Source: Leptogorgia sarmentosa
Taxonomy: Eukaryota
NCBI GenBank assembly: GCA_964658305.1
Contig: OZ210884.1
Span: 868,001 to 932,000 of the forward strand
Length of the DNA: 64,000 nt
Direction: 5' to 3'
In this document: piece after piece, positions 62,816 to 64,000 of the stretch
Position numbering within the stretch: the first letter of the stretch is position 1
Layout: each line of letters begins with the position of its first letter
Notes under the pieces: model-generated
The model's input: only the letters and a program-made list of their open reading frames with translations
Database searches by the model: none
What the model was told of the DNA's origin: nothing
Translations under genes and position numbers: made by a program

Positions 62816-62996
62816 CCTTTTACACGACCAAATTTTCTTTGACAAATGTCAAATGTCCTTTGGCCGTTTTTTGACAAATTTATTTACACAACTGCATAAA
62901 TTCAAAAAGCTGGCTCGTAAGTTAGCATGTGACCAAATGAATTTCATATATATTATATAAAATTTGTCAAAGAAAATTTGGTCATGTGAAAAAGGC
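62816..62996. mobile_element. MITE
   Basis: CCTTTTACACGACCAAATTTTCTTTGACAAAT / ATTTGTCAAAGAAAATTTGGTCATGTGAAAAAGG. Confidence 0.6.
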
Positions 62997-64000
62997 TGTA
63001 GAATCAGAGCTCAGAGAAATTCACTTTATTTGCTACTCGCAATTTATCGAGGAATATAGAAGTAGTTTTGGGTTTGTCCTGATTGCATCATTGAACTTTG
63101 TATCAATTGTATGGAACTTTGTTTTGTTTTGTTTTTGATATTATATATAGACATGCATGATGCGTGCACGTGAACGGCGCGTGTCGTACGGCAATGTATA
63201 TTTTCACTTCATAATTGTCTTTTTCCACTTTTATAATTTTCACACAGTCATGCTATCATCGCAAAATCATTGACTTCTTGTAAAACTTAAAATTCAATAA
63301 TATGATCGTAATTCGTACGTTAAACGCAAACGGTGTCTTGAGTATCTCTCGTGCTGAGTAAGTGTCTCAACTATAGATACACCTTGAATATTTCATCATA
63401 ATAGTGCTCAGCTATCGGTTGTTGTATAAAACTCTTAACTATCCGTTTTGTAGTTAATTTTCGCATTTAACTATAGTTAACTTTAACTACGTTTAATACA
63501 ACCGTCCCCTATGATGTTACGATGTATAGTAACGAAACGTTCCCCAAATGAATTTTATATAAACTTGAATAGTTTATGTATGCATTTATTAAAACCACTT
63601 GCTGGGCATTATTATCAATTTTTAAATTATACGATTTCCGCCTGTTTTTTCAATTCCCACAATTCTGTCTGGACTATAGATGTCTTGTAAAACATTTTTA
63701 CGGTCAATGGGCGTCAACATGCGTCATAACCCTGCATGCAGTTGTCTTAAGCAAAAGTTGATATAAATATATTTCAATATATTTACGCACACACCGATGC
63801 ATGTTTACGTCAAGGGTCTTATCTTATACGACACTAACCTCAGCATAGGCTATTCCCGATTGTGCTAGTAAAACTGGCATATTATGCTCCTAGCAATGCT
63901 GGTTTTCCCCCAAAATTATTGCTCCAATTATGTTCATTTTTCAAAATTATTCCCCCTTGATTTAAAAAAATGCTTGGCTTTATTTGCAAGAAACACAAAC

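Noticed and set aside
3535..63761. Plus-strand ORFs of 60-113 aa in the ORF track
   Set aside because: They are antisense shadows of RNF213 exons or lie in repeats; none resembles an intact protein

Overview
AT-rich, intron-rich animal genomic DNA; the repeat content looks cnidarian-like, but that is my inference. One gene spans almost the whole window on the minus strand: an RNF213/mysterin-like AAA+ ATPase/E3 ligase. By hand I traced a putative 5' UTR exon (~61249-61300), the ATG at 61138 and 56 coding exons with GT-AG boundaries and consistent phases (~11.56 kb CDS, ~3850 aa). These encode an acidic N-arm, a CBM20-like segment, the stalk, the AAA+ core (RAGMGKS, GETGCGKT/FFDEANT, GKPGSSKS/VLDEIG) and the start of the E3 module. 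The gene continues off the left edge, so the RING/RZ region is not visible. Introns are full of mobile DNA: hAT-type MITEs with 8-bp TSDs, Harbinger-type MITEs, a 2.5-kb TTAA-flanked foldback element with ~960-bp arms, a decayed P-element/THAP9 transposase and many hairpin-ended elements. Main findings: (1) sequence-unrelated hairpin elements share a strand-specific apex (tandem GA/GA mismatches plus a C-GNA-G triloop); (2) a Penelope-like 3' end with a minimal hammerhead ribozyme lies just upstream of the gene; (3) the RNF213 protein has an acidic insertion with a UBA-like segment.
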